A DNA stretch of 44,498 nucleotides, taken from positions 1-44,498 of the IMG/VR virus record IMGVR_UViG_3300042305_000436; one strand, given 5' to 3'. The stretch is from a virus. Lineage: Duplodnaviria > Caudoviricetes. This document shows, piece after piece, positions 16,768-24,114 of the stretch (its first letter is position 1; the number at the start of each line of letters is the position of its first letter). A program made the translations under genes and the position numbers. The notes under the pieces are model-generated. The model had not been told where the DNA came from. It did no database searches and saw only the letters and a list, made by a program, of their open reading frames with translations.

Positions 16768-19080
16768 ATGCTGTCGCCCGAGTTCCTCGCGATCGGCGGC
16801 GGGTCGTCCGGCTACGCCGCCAAGAACTCGCTGCGGTTCCGCGCGAGCAACAGCGCGTATCTGGAGCGCACGCCGGCGGGCGCTGGCAACCGCAAGACCT
16901 GGACATGGTCGGCGTGGGTGAAGCGCGGGACGCTCGGCGGCGCGGTGTCGATGAACCTGTTCGTCGGCAATCGCGCCGGCACGACGGACGCGACCTATAC
17001 CGACATCGTCTTCACTCCGAGCGACCAGTTCGCGGTTCGAGGCTATGCCACAAACTGGCGCATCACGACCGCGGTTTTCCGCGATCCGAGCGCGTGGTAT
17101 CACCTCGTCGTCGCGCTCGACACGACGCAGGCGACGGCCGCCGATCGCGTGAAGGTCTACGTGAACGGCACGCAGATCACCTCGTTCGGCACGAGCAACA
17201 ACCCGGCGCTCAACGCAGACCTCGCTGTAAACGCCGCGCTGCCGCAGTCGGTCGGCCGCGACGTGAGCGGCGGCGGCACGTTCTTCGACGGCCACATGGC
17301 GCATGTCTATTTGATCGACGGGCAGGCGCTGACGCCCAGCTCGTTCGGCAGGACGGACGCGGCGACGGGCGAGTGGGTGCCGACCAACTACAGCGGCAGC
17401 TACGGCACCAACGGTTTCCGCCTGTCGTTCGAGGACGCGGCCTCGACGACGACGATCGGCTACGACAGTTCCGGCGCGGCGAACCACATGACGACGAGCG
17501 GCGTCTCGGTCACCGCCGGCACGACGTTCGACCAGATGACCGATACGCCGACGCTGAATTACTGCGTCTTGAATCCGGTCAATCCGACAGGCTCGACGCT
17601 GTCGAATGCAAACTTGTCGGCGAGCATTCCGTTCGCGACCAACAGCATCGTGAAGGGAACTTTCTCTGCAAGCTCTGGAAAATGGTACTGGGAGGTGACC
17701 GTCACAAGCGGCGGGGTTGGAACCGTTGGCGCCTTAGTCGACGGAGCGGCCGAAACATATTACCCCGGCTACACTTCTTCCGATGGCATCTCGTATCCCT
17801 CTGGCGGCGGAGTTTACAGAGGCGGAGCCCCGATCCAGACCTACAACTCGTTCACGACGAATGACGTAATTGGCGTTGCTCTCGATCTCGACAACGGGAA
17901 AATCTTCTTTTCAAAGAACGGGACATGGCAGGGCTCCTCCGATCCGGCAGCGGGAACAAATCCAGCTGCCTCCACGGGCATTGCTGGTAAAACGTGGAAC
18001 GTCGCCAACGGCAATAACTCAGCATCGGCGGCGGGTCATGCTTTCAACTTCGGCGCCCGCCCCTTCGCCTACTCGCCGCCGACCGGGTTCGCCGCGCTCA
18101 ACACGAGGAACCTCCCGACGCCGTCGATCAAGCGGTCTCGCCAGTATTTCGACACGCGGCTGCGAACCGGCACGGGCGCGGCGGCGAGCGTGGCGGACCT
18201 GGAGTTCGCGCCGGATCTGGTGTGGATCAAGAGCCGCTCGGCGGCGACGACGCACAACCTCTTCGACACCTCGCGCGGCGCGCAGAAGGGCGTCCAGACG
18301 ACCGGCCCCAATGCCGAGTTCACCGACGCCAACTCGCTGTCGGCGTTCGGATCGAACGGCTATTCGCTCGGGACCGACGCCTCGTCGCGCGGCGTCAACG
18401 TCAACACCGCGACCTATTTCGACTGGGCGCTGAAGAGCGGCTCGGCGCCGGGCTTCAACATCACGCTGTTCACCGGAGACGGCACGGGCGCGCGCACGAT
18501 CAACCACGGGCTCGGCGTCACCCCGCAGCTGATGCTGGTGCGCGGGCGCGACGCGCGCGTGTGGGCGGGCTGGCACAAGAACCTGACCAGCGCGGCCTAT
18601 TACGTCGATCTCGGCACGGTCGCAGCCGAGGCGGTCGACACGACGATGTTCGACAGCGCCGCGCCGGGCGCGTCGTCGTTCCGCGTCGGCAGCTACAACA
18701 ACGCGAACCTGGTCAACTACCTCGCGTACCTCTTCACCGAGGTGCCGGGCTTCTCGCGCATCGGCGTCTACACCGGCAATGCCTCGACGGATGGCCCGTT
18801 CGTTTGGTGCGGCTTCAAGCCGAAGTTCGTGATGGTGAAGGCCCGCGACGCCGCCACGGGCTGGTTCATCGCGAACCCGTCGAACTCGGCCAACGAGGTG
18901 ATCCAGCGCGTGTTCGCGGATGGCGCGAACGCCGAGGCGTCGAACATTTACGGCCTCGACCTGCTGGCCGGCGGCTTCAAGGTTCGCGCGCCGACCGGCT
19001 ACAGCCTGAACAACAGCGGCATCAGCTACCTGTTCATCGCTTTTGCCGAGGTGCCATTCAAATACGCGAGGGCCAGATAA
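16768..19080 (+). CDS. Putative receptor-binding/tail protein with LamG (ConA-like) and SPRY-like domains
   Basis: Start ATG 16768 right after the upstream TAA. Motifs: NSLRF...YL.RT, TWTWSAWVKR, FRDPSAWYHLVVA.DT, GKWYWEV...IGVALDLDNGKIFFSKNG, PDLVWIKSR, GFKPKFVMVK. Confidence 0.75.
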   Translation: MLSPEFLAIGGGSSGYAAKNSLRFRASNSAYLERTPAGAGNRKTWTWSAWVKRGTLGGAVSMNLFVGNRAGTTDATYTDIVFTPSDQFAVRGYATNWRITTAVFRDPSAWYHLVVALDTTQATAADRVKVYVNGTQITSFGTSNNPALNADLAVNAALPQSVGRDVSGGGTFFDGHMAHVYLIDGQALTPSSFGRTDAATGEWVPTNYSGSYGTNGFRLSFEDAASTTTIGYDSSGAANHMTTSGVSVTAGTTFDQMTDTPTLNYCVLNPVNPTGSTLSNANLSASIPFATNSIVKGTFSASSGKWYWEVTVTSGGVGTVGALVDGAAETYYPGYTSSDGISYPSGGGVYRGGAPIQTYNSFTTNDVIGVALDLDNGKIFFSKNGTWQGSSDPAAGTNPAASTGIAGKTWNVANGNNSASAAGHAFNFGARPFAYSPPTGFAALNTRNLPTPSIKRSRQYFDTRLRTGTGAAASVADLEFAPDLVWIKSRSAATTHNLFDTSRGAQKGVQTTGPNAEFTDANSLSAFGSNGYSLGTDASSRGVNVNTATYFDWALKSGSAPGFNITLFTGDGTGARTINHGLGVTPQLMLVRGRDARVWAGWHKNLTSAAYYVDLGTVAAEAVDTTMFDSAAPGASSFRVGSYNNANLVNYLAYLFTEVPGFSRIGVYTGNASTDGPFVWCGFKPKFVMVKARDAATGWFIANPSNSANEVIQRVFADGANAEASNIYGLDLLAGGFKVRAPTGYSLNNSGISYLFIAFAEVPFKYARAR

Positions 19081-19490
19081 TGCGCTTCCTCTTTCCTGAC
19101 GGCCAGCTCGTCATGCTCGACCGCGCCTTCGAGCGCGAGGGCGTCAACTACCCGGCCGAGTGGCTGCGGCAGATGTCGCCCGCCGACCGCGCGGCCTGGG
19201 GCCTCGTCGAGGCGCCCGAGCCCGTGGCGCCCGTGACGCCCGTGACGCCCGCGCCGCCGGTCGTGCCGGCGTCGGTCTCGCCGCGGCAGGCGCGCCTCGC
19301 GCTGCTGCAAGCCGGGCTGCTCGACCAGGTCGAGGCGGCGGTCAAGGCCGGGACGCAGGCCGCGCAGATCGAGTGGGAGTTCGGCCTCGAGGTCCGCCGC
19401 GACCATGCGTGGCTCGCGGCCGTGGCCGGCCAGCTCGGACTGAGCGACGCGCAGGTCGACGACCTGTTCCGCGCGGCCGCGGCGCTGTGA
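19080..19490 (+). CDS. Tail fibre assembly/chaperone-like protein
   Basis: TAATG coupling; YPA.WL and P.SVS.RQARLAL...IEWE.....R...GLS..QVD.LF..AA motifs typical of genes following fibres. Confidence 0.6.
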   Translation: MRFLFPDGQLVMLDRAFEREGVNYPAEWLRQMSPADRAAWGLVEAPEPVAPVTPVTPAPPVVPASVSPRQARLALLQAGLLDQVEAAVKAGTQAAQIEWEFGLEVRRDHAWLAAVAGQLGLSDAQVDDLFRAAAAL

Positions 19491-19497
19491 GGCGGCC

Positions 19498-19737
19498 ATG
19501 ACCGACAACGCGATCCTGACCCACGCGCAGGAGATCGGAGCCCTCAAGGCCGAGGTCGCCAACATGAAGAACCGCTTGGAAGACATGGACGCCAAGCTCG
19601 ACCAGCTGGTCGAGGCCGCGAACATGGGCAAGGGCGCGTGGTGGCTGTCGGTCAAGGTCGGCGGCGTCATCGTCACCGGACTGGCCGGGCTAGCGTGGCT
19701 CTGGCAGCACGTTCTCCAGATGCTGCCGGGGCGCTGA
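19498..19737 (+). CDS. Small membrane protein (coiled coil plus C-terminal TM helix), holin/XhlA-like
   Basis: 79 aa; heptad N-terminus and hydrophobic C-terminal segment; at the start of the lysis region. Confidence 0.55.
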   Translation: MTDNAILTHAQEIGALKAEVANMKNRLEDMDAKLDQLVEAANMGKGAWWLSVKVGGVIVTGLAGLAWLWQHVLQMLPGR

Positions 19738-20906
19738 TGCCCTTCCCCAAGCTGACGCGCGCCGAGGCGCTGCGCCGCATCGAGGCGGTCGAGGAGGCGC
19801 TGCGGGACGGGCACCCGCCCATCGGCACCCCGGCGCGGCACGGCCAGCGCAACGCCTTCGCCATCGGGCTCGCGCGCGCCGGCGTGGGCGGCAACACCTC
19901 GACCGAGGTGCTGGAGCGCCTCGAGGCCGCCGCCGGCAGGGCGATCGACTGGTCGCTCTACCCCGGCGCCCCGCCACGCGCGGAGCCGCTGCCGCCGCGC
20001 TTCGACCCGCCGCATATCCCCGACGCGGACATCCCGGTCGAGGAGCTCATCCAGAAGCTCGAGCGCAACTACCAGCGCCGCGCCGAGCATGTTGCCGCGA
20101 AGACCTGGGCGCGGTTCACGCTGAAGGCCGACGGACCCTACGTCCTGGCGGTGGTCGGAGACCCGCATCTCGACGACCCAGGCACCGACTGGGGCCTGCT
20201 GCGCCGGCATCACGCGCTGCTGCGCCGCGAGCATGTCCACGGCGTCTGCCTGGGCGACGTCGTCAACAACTGGGCAGGCCGCCTGCAGCGGCTCTATGCC
20301 GAGCAGGAGGTCACGCGCACCCAGGGCTGGAAGCTCGCGCAGTGGTTCTTCGCGACCGTGCCGTGGCTCGTGATCGTCAAGGGCAACCATGACCTCTGGT
20401 CCTCCTCGCACGGGACGGGCGACCCGCTCGACTGGATGTCGCGCGGCGCGGCCATGCTCGAGGACTGGCAAGCCAAGTTCGAGGTGGCGACGCCGAGCGG
20501 CCACGCGACGCGCATCTGGGCGGCGCACGATTTCAAGGGGACGAGCATCTACAACCCGCTGCACGGTCCCATGCGCGCGGCGAAGTTCGGCGCGGGCGAG
20601 GCGGACGTCTACGTCGCCGGCCATCAGCATCACTGGGAACTGTTCAACGGCGAGGACGCGAACAAGTCGCGCCGGCCGTTCTGGCTCGCGCGCGCGCGCG
20701 GCTACAAGTTCCTCGACGCCTACGCCGACCAGCACCAGTTCGGCTCGCAGAAGCACGGCGCGACGATCGGGATCGTCGTCGATCCGACGCGCGAGGGTCC
20801 GGCTGGGCTTCACTGCTACGCCGACCTCGAGGAGGCCGTCGAGGTCATGGAGTGGCGACGCGCGCGCATGGAGGTGCCGAGTGCCAAGGCGAAGAGGCGG
20901 CTATGA
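19737..20906 (+). CDS. Calcineurin-like metallophosphoesterase
   Basis: TGATG start at 19737; GDPH, GDVVN, GNHD, AAH and GHQH motifs in the canonical order. Confidence 0.8.
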   Translation: MPFPKLTRAEALRRIEAVEEALRDGHPPIGTPARHGQRNAFAIGLARAGVGGNTSTEVLERLEAAAGRAIDWSLYPGAPPRAEPLPPRFDPPHIPDADIPVEELIQKLERNYQRRAEHVAAKTWARFTLKADGPYVLAVVGDPHLDDPGTDWGLLRRHHALLRREHVHGVCLGDVVNNWAGRLQRLYAEQEVTRTQGWKLAQWFFATVPWLVIVKGNHDLWSSSHGTGDPLDWMSRGAAMLEDWQAKFEVATPSGHATRIWAAHDFKGTSIYNPLHGPMRAAKFGAGEADVYVAGHQHHWELFNGEDANKSRRPFWLARARGYKFLDAYADQHQFGSQKHGATIGIVVDPTREGPAGLHCYADLEEAVEVMEWRRARMEVPSAKAKRRL

Positions 20907-21114
20907 CGATCCGGACTGGCAAGAGGTCGGGTCGCATCTTGGTGAGGCGTTCTCAGGCTCGATATGCGAGCTCCGCAGCGCGGACCCGCCGGGCCGCCCG
21001 TTCCAGCCGAAGCGCGAACAGCTCGGGTTCTGCGTCGACCCCGAAGCCTACCGCGCCGCTCGCCGCGGTCGCGGTCGTCGTCGCCTGGCTAAGGCTGGGC
21101 GAGCCGATCCCTGA
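20881..21114 (+). CDS. Hypothetical protein (77 aa)
   Basis: GGAGG at 20870-20874, then 6 nt to GTG; reads MPRRRGGYDDPDWQEVGSHLGEAF...LGFCVDP. Confidence 0.45.
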   Translation: MPRRRGGYDDPDWQEVGSHLGEAFSGSICELRSADPPGRPFQPKREQLGFCVDPEAYRAARRGRGRRRLAKAGRADP

Positions 21115-21190
21115 CGGCTGGCGCCTCGCGGCCCAGCGTCTGACGCACCACCACCGCTACAGCGTCCTGATCGAGAAGGTGACCCCGTGA
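20903..21190 (+). CDS. Hypothetical protein (95 aa) overlapping the previous ORF
   Basis: ATGA overlap with the phosphoesterase stop and GTGA overlap with the holin start. Confidence 0.45.
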   Translation: MTIRTGKRSGRILVRRSQARYASSAARTRRAARSSRSANSSGSASTPKPTAPLAAVAVVVAWLRLGEPIPDGWRLAAQRLTHHHRYSVLIEKVTP

Positions 21191-21585
21191 TCGCAGCCCT
21201 GATCCCCATCCTCGGCCCGCTGCTGGGCCAGGTCGTCAAGTCCGTGTTCCCGAACGCCGACGACGAGCTCAAGCGCCTCGAGCTCCAGAACCAGATCCAG
21301 CTGGCGCTGATCAACAACTCGGCGGCGCTCGAGACCGCGGCGGCGTCCATCGTCAAGGCCGAGGCCGAGAGCGAGAACTGGCTGACGTCTTCCTGGAGAC
21401 CGATCCTCATGCTGGTGTTCGGCTCGCTGATCGTCGCGCGATGGTTCGGGTTCACGGCGCCGGGCATCACCGAGGCCGTCGAGCTCAAGCTCTGGGGCAT
21501 CCTCGAGGTCGGCATCGGCGGCTACGTCATCGGCCGCAGCGCGGAGAAGATCGCGCCGCAGATCGCGTCGGCGCTCAAGAAATGA
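21187..21585 (+). CDS. Holin (3TM / GTA-holin-like)
   Basis: I.AEA.SE.WL..SWRP motif, hydrophobic segments, GGYVIGRS.EK; immediately upstream of the endolysin. Confidence 0.8.
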   Translation: MIAALIPILGPLLGQVVKSVFPNADDELKRLELQNQIQLALINNSAALETAAASIVKAEAESENWLTSSWRPILMLVFGSLIVARWFGFTAPGITEAVELKLWGILEVGIGGYVIGRSAEKIAPQIASALKK

Positions 21586-21971
21586 GCCTGACGGATCGCT
21601 GCCGGCGGCGACTAGCCGGCGTCCACGCCGACCTCGTGCGCGTCGTCGAGCGCGCCGCGAGCGACGGCGTCGTGCAGTTCATCGTGACCGAGGGGCTGCG
21701 CACTGAGGCGAGGCAGCGCGAGCTGCTGGCCGCTGGCGCGTCGCGCACCATGCGGTCGAGGCATCTGTCCGGTCATGCGGTCGACCTGGCGGTGACCGTC
21801 GGCGGCGAGGTGCGATGGGACTGGCCGCTCTACGCGAAGCTCGGCGCGGCGGTGAAGATGGCAGCCGCTGCCGAGGGCGTGGCGATCGAGTGGGGCGGGG
21901 ACTGGCCGAGGTTCCGCGACGGGCCGCACTTCCAGCTGCCGTGGCAGACGCATCCGTTAAGGACCGATTGA
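21582..21971 (+). CDS. Endolysin, M15 family L-Ala-D-Glu peptidase
   Basis: L.GVH.DL, EGLRT..RQ, SRHL.GHAVD and WGGDW..F.DGPHFQL motifs; ATGA coupling to the holin. Confidence 0.9.
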   Translation: MSLTDRCRRRLAGVHADLVRVVERAASDGVVQFIVTEGLRTEARQRELLAAGASRTMRSRHLSGHAVDLAVTVGGEVRWDWPLYAKLGAAVKMAAAAEGVAIEWGGDWPRFRDGPHFQLPWQTHPLRTD

Positions 21972-22006
21972 CGGCGGCAGCGAGATTACGCCGCAGGAAC
22001 TGGTCG

Positions 22007-22044
22007 ATGGTTTCCTGATCCGCATTAGGATCAGGGGAACCATG
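22007..22044 (+). promoter_or_regulatory. Hairpin sequestering the RBS and start codon of ORF 22042
   Basis: atggtttcctgatcc-gcatta-ggatcaggggaaccat; the 3' arm contains the purine-rich RBS and the AT of the ATG. Confidence 0.55.
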
Positions 22045-22413
22045 AAAGCAAGAACGATCCCGATCGTCGCGCACATTGACGCCGAGGGCGTCGAGCGCTC
22101 CACCGCCTACGTTGTAACCCGCGCGCGGATCTCGCCCGTGGCGCGACCGGCTCGCGAGCCGATCGCCGTCGTCGTCGAGGTCGGCGGCATGGGCCGGTTC
22201 TACGCGCTGGCCGACGCAGGCCAGCGCATGTCGCCGCAACTGTGCAAGGCTCCAGCGCTGGTCGAGCTGTCTGGCGGCGGGCTGTCAGTCGGCTGGCTGG
22301 TCCCGCGCCGGCGCGACCGGTTCGACATCCTGCGGCTGTTCGGCGGCGCGCCGCTGCACCGTTCGGTGGGCGTCGACGCCGCCATGCCGCTGGTGTCGAT
22401 CCTGACCTGCTGA
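22042..22413 (+). CDS. Stand-alone S24-like domain, apparent paralog of the repressor C-terminal domain (candidate antirepressor)
   Basis: Aligns by eye along its whole length with the repressor CTD (ALVELSGG...VGWL vs AIVEDSAG...LGTL; LFGGAPL...VDAAMPLVSI vs LPGGGLL...VASASPVLWI); no HTH. Confidence 0.6.
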   Translation: MKARTIPIVAHIDAEGVERSTAYVVTRARISPVARPAREPIAVVVEVGGMGRFYALADAGQRMSPQLCKAPALVELSGGGLSVGWLVPRRRDRFDILRLFGGAPLHRSVGVDAAMPLVSILTC

Positions 22414-23505
22414 CATCCGGCGGGCGATGAGCTCGCCGGTTGCGCGCGCAGCTGCCGCGCCGGCCTCCTCGAGCAGGTGCGCGTAGCCCTTCGTCGTCTG
22501 CGCGCTGCGGTGGCCGAGGAGCTCGCCGATCTGGTGGAGGCTGACGCCGGCCGCCAGGGCGGCGGACGCGAACGAGTGGCGCAGGTCGTGAAGGCGCAGG
22601 TCCGGGCAGCCGGCCGCCTCGCGCACGGCAACCCAGCATTTGTGCGGGCAGGCCAGGCCCGTGATCGTGCCGCCGCGGACGCGGGGCAAGGTGCGCAGGA
22701 CGGCGACCGCCTGCGGCGGGAGGTGGATCACGCGCTCGCTGCCGTCGGCGTCGGCCTTGTGCTCGGCCAGCCTGATCGTCGTGCCGTCGAGGTCCGACCA
22801 GCGCGCGCGCGCGATCTCGCCGCGCCGGGCTCCGGTCCAGATCAGCAGCCTGATGAAGGCGACCGCCTGCGGGAACTTGGCGGCGCGGGCCTCGAGGGCG
22901 GCGTCGATGCGCCGCGCCTCGTCCACGCTCATGTAGCGGCGCCGGCGGCGCTCGCGGTTGCGCTCGACGCCCTGGCACGGGTTCGGACCTGGGTGCCAGC
23001 CCCAGCGCCTCGAGGCCAGCGACATCGCTTTCGACAGGCAGGCAAGCGCGCGGTTGGCGGCGACGCGCCGGGGGATGGCGGCATGCCAGGCGACGACGCC
23101 GCCGTGCGTCAGGTCGGCGACCTTCGTCGTGCCGATCCGCGGCTTGATCCACCGGGCGATCACGCTGCGGTCGCCGGCCGCGCTTTTCTTGCGGTCTCCG
23201 TGCTCGACCAGGTAGCGGTCCATCATCTCGGCGACGGTCGGCGCGGAGCGCGCCTCCTGCCGGTCTGCGGACGGGTCGCGGCCGGCGGCGACCTGCTCGA
23301 GCAGGTCGCGCGCGATGGTCCGCGCGCGGGCCTGCCGGATCGTCGGCCAGTCCCCGATCTTGGGCCGGCGCTGCGCGCCGCGGCGGCTGCGGTAGTAGAG
23401 ATACCAGACGCGTCGCGCGCCCAGGACGCGCAGCTGCAGGCCCGGCACGGTCTCGTCCTTCAGCGTCGCGCCGGGCGGGGCGGCGAGGATGTCCTGGTCA
23501 CGCAC
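22285..23505 (-). CDS. int: Tyrosine integrase with N-terminal arm-binding domain
   Basis: D..VPGL.LRV arm domain; catalytic motifs TGARRGE, HDLRHS and LGH....T..Y; adjacent to attP. Confidence 0.95.
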   Translation of the reverse strand: MRDQDILAAPPGATLKDETVPGLQLRVLGARRVWYLYYRSRRGAQRRPKIGDWPTIRQARARTIARDLLEQVAAGRDPSADRQEARSAPTVAEMMDRYLVEHGDRKKSAAGDRSVIARWIKPRIGTTKVADLTHGGVVAWHAAIPRRVAANRALACLSKAMSLASRRWGWHPGPNPCQGVERNRERRRRRYMSVDEARRIDAALEARAAKFPQAVAFIRLLIWTGARRGEIARARWSDLDGTTIRLAEHKADADGSERVIHLPPQAVAVLRTLPRVRGGTITGLACPHKCWVAVREAAGCPDLRLHDLRHSFASAALAAGVSLHQIGELLGHRSAQTTKGYAHLLEEAGAAAARATGELIARRMSAGQDRHQRHGGVDAHRTVQRRAAEQPQDVEPVAPARDQPAD

Positions 23506-23513
23506 TGGTCACG
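23494..23513 (+). repeat. Integrase arm-type site pair (left)
   Basis: CTGGTCACGCACTGGTCACG: two CTGGTCAC units 11 bp apart; same 20-mer (1 mismatch) at 23705. Confidence 0.75.
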
Positions 23514-23608
23514 CTCATCTGTTGCCATGCGTGAACAGGCTACATCCAGTTTCGTTGAAAATCAGCTATTTATGGGCGAGCGTGGCCGGGCAAGATGTCG
23601 CCGGGCAG

Positions 23609-23655
23609 GACTGAAAATCGCAGTGTCGCTGGTTCGATTCCGGCCCTGGGCACCA
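23609..23655 (+). mobile_element. attP core: 3' half of tRNA-Phe(GAA)
   Basis: GACTGAAAATCGCAGTGTCGCTGGTTCGATTCCGGCCCTGGGCACCA contains the anticodon loop (GAA), T arm and CCA but no 5' half; lies between int and xis. Confidence 0.9.
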
Positions 23656-23704
23656 TTACTTTTCAAGGGGTTAGCGCGCCCCTCCCGAGCTCGGGGAAAA
23701 CGCG

Positions 23705-23724
23705 CTGGTCACACACTGGTCACG
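23705..23724 (+). repeat. Integrase arm-type site pair (right)
   Basis: CTGGTCACACACTGGTCACG, matching the left pair. Confidence 0.75.
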
Positions 23725-23727
23725 ACG

Positions 23728-23762
23728 AAAAAGGGGCGCCCAGCATGGCCTGGACGCCCCTT
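23728..23762 (-). terminator. Putative intrinsic terminator downstream of xis
   Basis: aaggggcg.ccag / ctgg.cgcccctt stem, followed by a T-run on the minus strand. Confidence 0.55.
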
Positions 23763-23797
23763 CCGACGCTCCACGGGGGGGAGGAGACCCGCGGCGT

Positions 23798-23980
23798 CTA
23801 CGCGCGCATGTGCGCGCGCTCGAACTCCTGCACCGACGGCACGGGGTAGAGGATCGTGCGGCCGAGCTTGATGTAGGCCGGGCCTTTGCCCTGAGCGCGC
23901 CAGTTGCTCAACGTGCCGGCGCTCTTGTGCCAGCGCGCGGCCAGCTGGTCCGGCGTCAGGTGTTCGGGCTGGTCTTCCAT
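23798..23980 (-). CDS. xis: Excisionase (MerR-like/HTH_17)
   Basis: LTPDQLAARW....GTLSNWR.QGKGPAYIKLGR.ILY; GAGG upstream of the ATG at 23980; adjacent to attP. Confidence 0.8.
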   Translation of the reverse strand: MEDQPEHLTPDQLAARWHKSAGTLSNWRAQGKGPAYIKLGRTILYPVPSVQEFERAHMRA

Positions 23981-23991
23981 TGTGGCCTCGC

Positions 23992-24036
23992 GTGACATAG
24001 TGGCATCCAGTATCGCCATCGGTGCGATTTCGTCAA
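23992..24036 (-). promoter_or_regulatory. Putative xis promoter with two operator-like sites
   Basis: Minus-strand TTGACG-N16-GATACT; sites GTGACATAGTGGCA (23992, +) and TTGACGAAATCGCA (24023-24036, -). Confidence 0.55.
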
Positions 24037-24114
24037 CCTCGCGCGAAAAATAGACCACCACGACGGCGGCGCGCGGGCGTCAATTCGCGATTGTTTCCCG
24101 CGCGGCCGGCTTGA

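Noticed and set aside
15690-19490. Diversity-generating retroelement, suspected because the head genes are BPP-1-like
   Set aside because: No reverse transcriptase ORF, and no template/variable repeat pair differing at adenines was seen. The only repeat here is an in-frame 66-bp tandem.
20881-21971. Rz/Rz1 spanin pair
   Set aside because: No ORF with an N-terminal TM helix plus a nested lipobox-containing ORF was found near the lysis genes.
21960-22060. Alphaproteobacterial LexA box (GTTC-N7-GTTC) upstream of the candidate antirepressor
   Set aside because: GAAC half-sites are present but not at the N7 spacing, so SOS control cannot be claimed.
23609-23655. Functional tRNA-Phe gene
   Set aside because: The 5' acceptor strand and D arm are absent; the sequence is better explained as the attP core.
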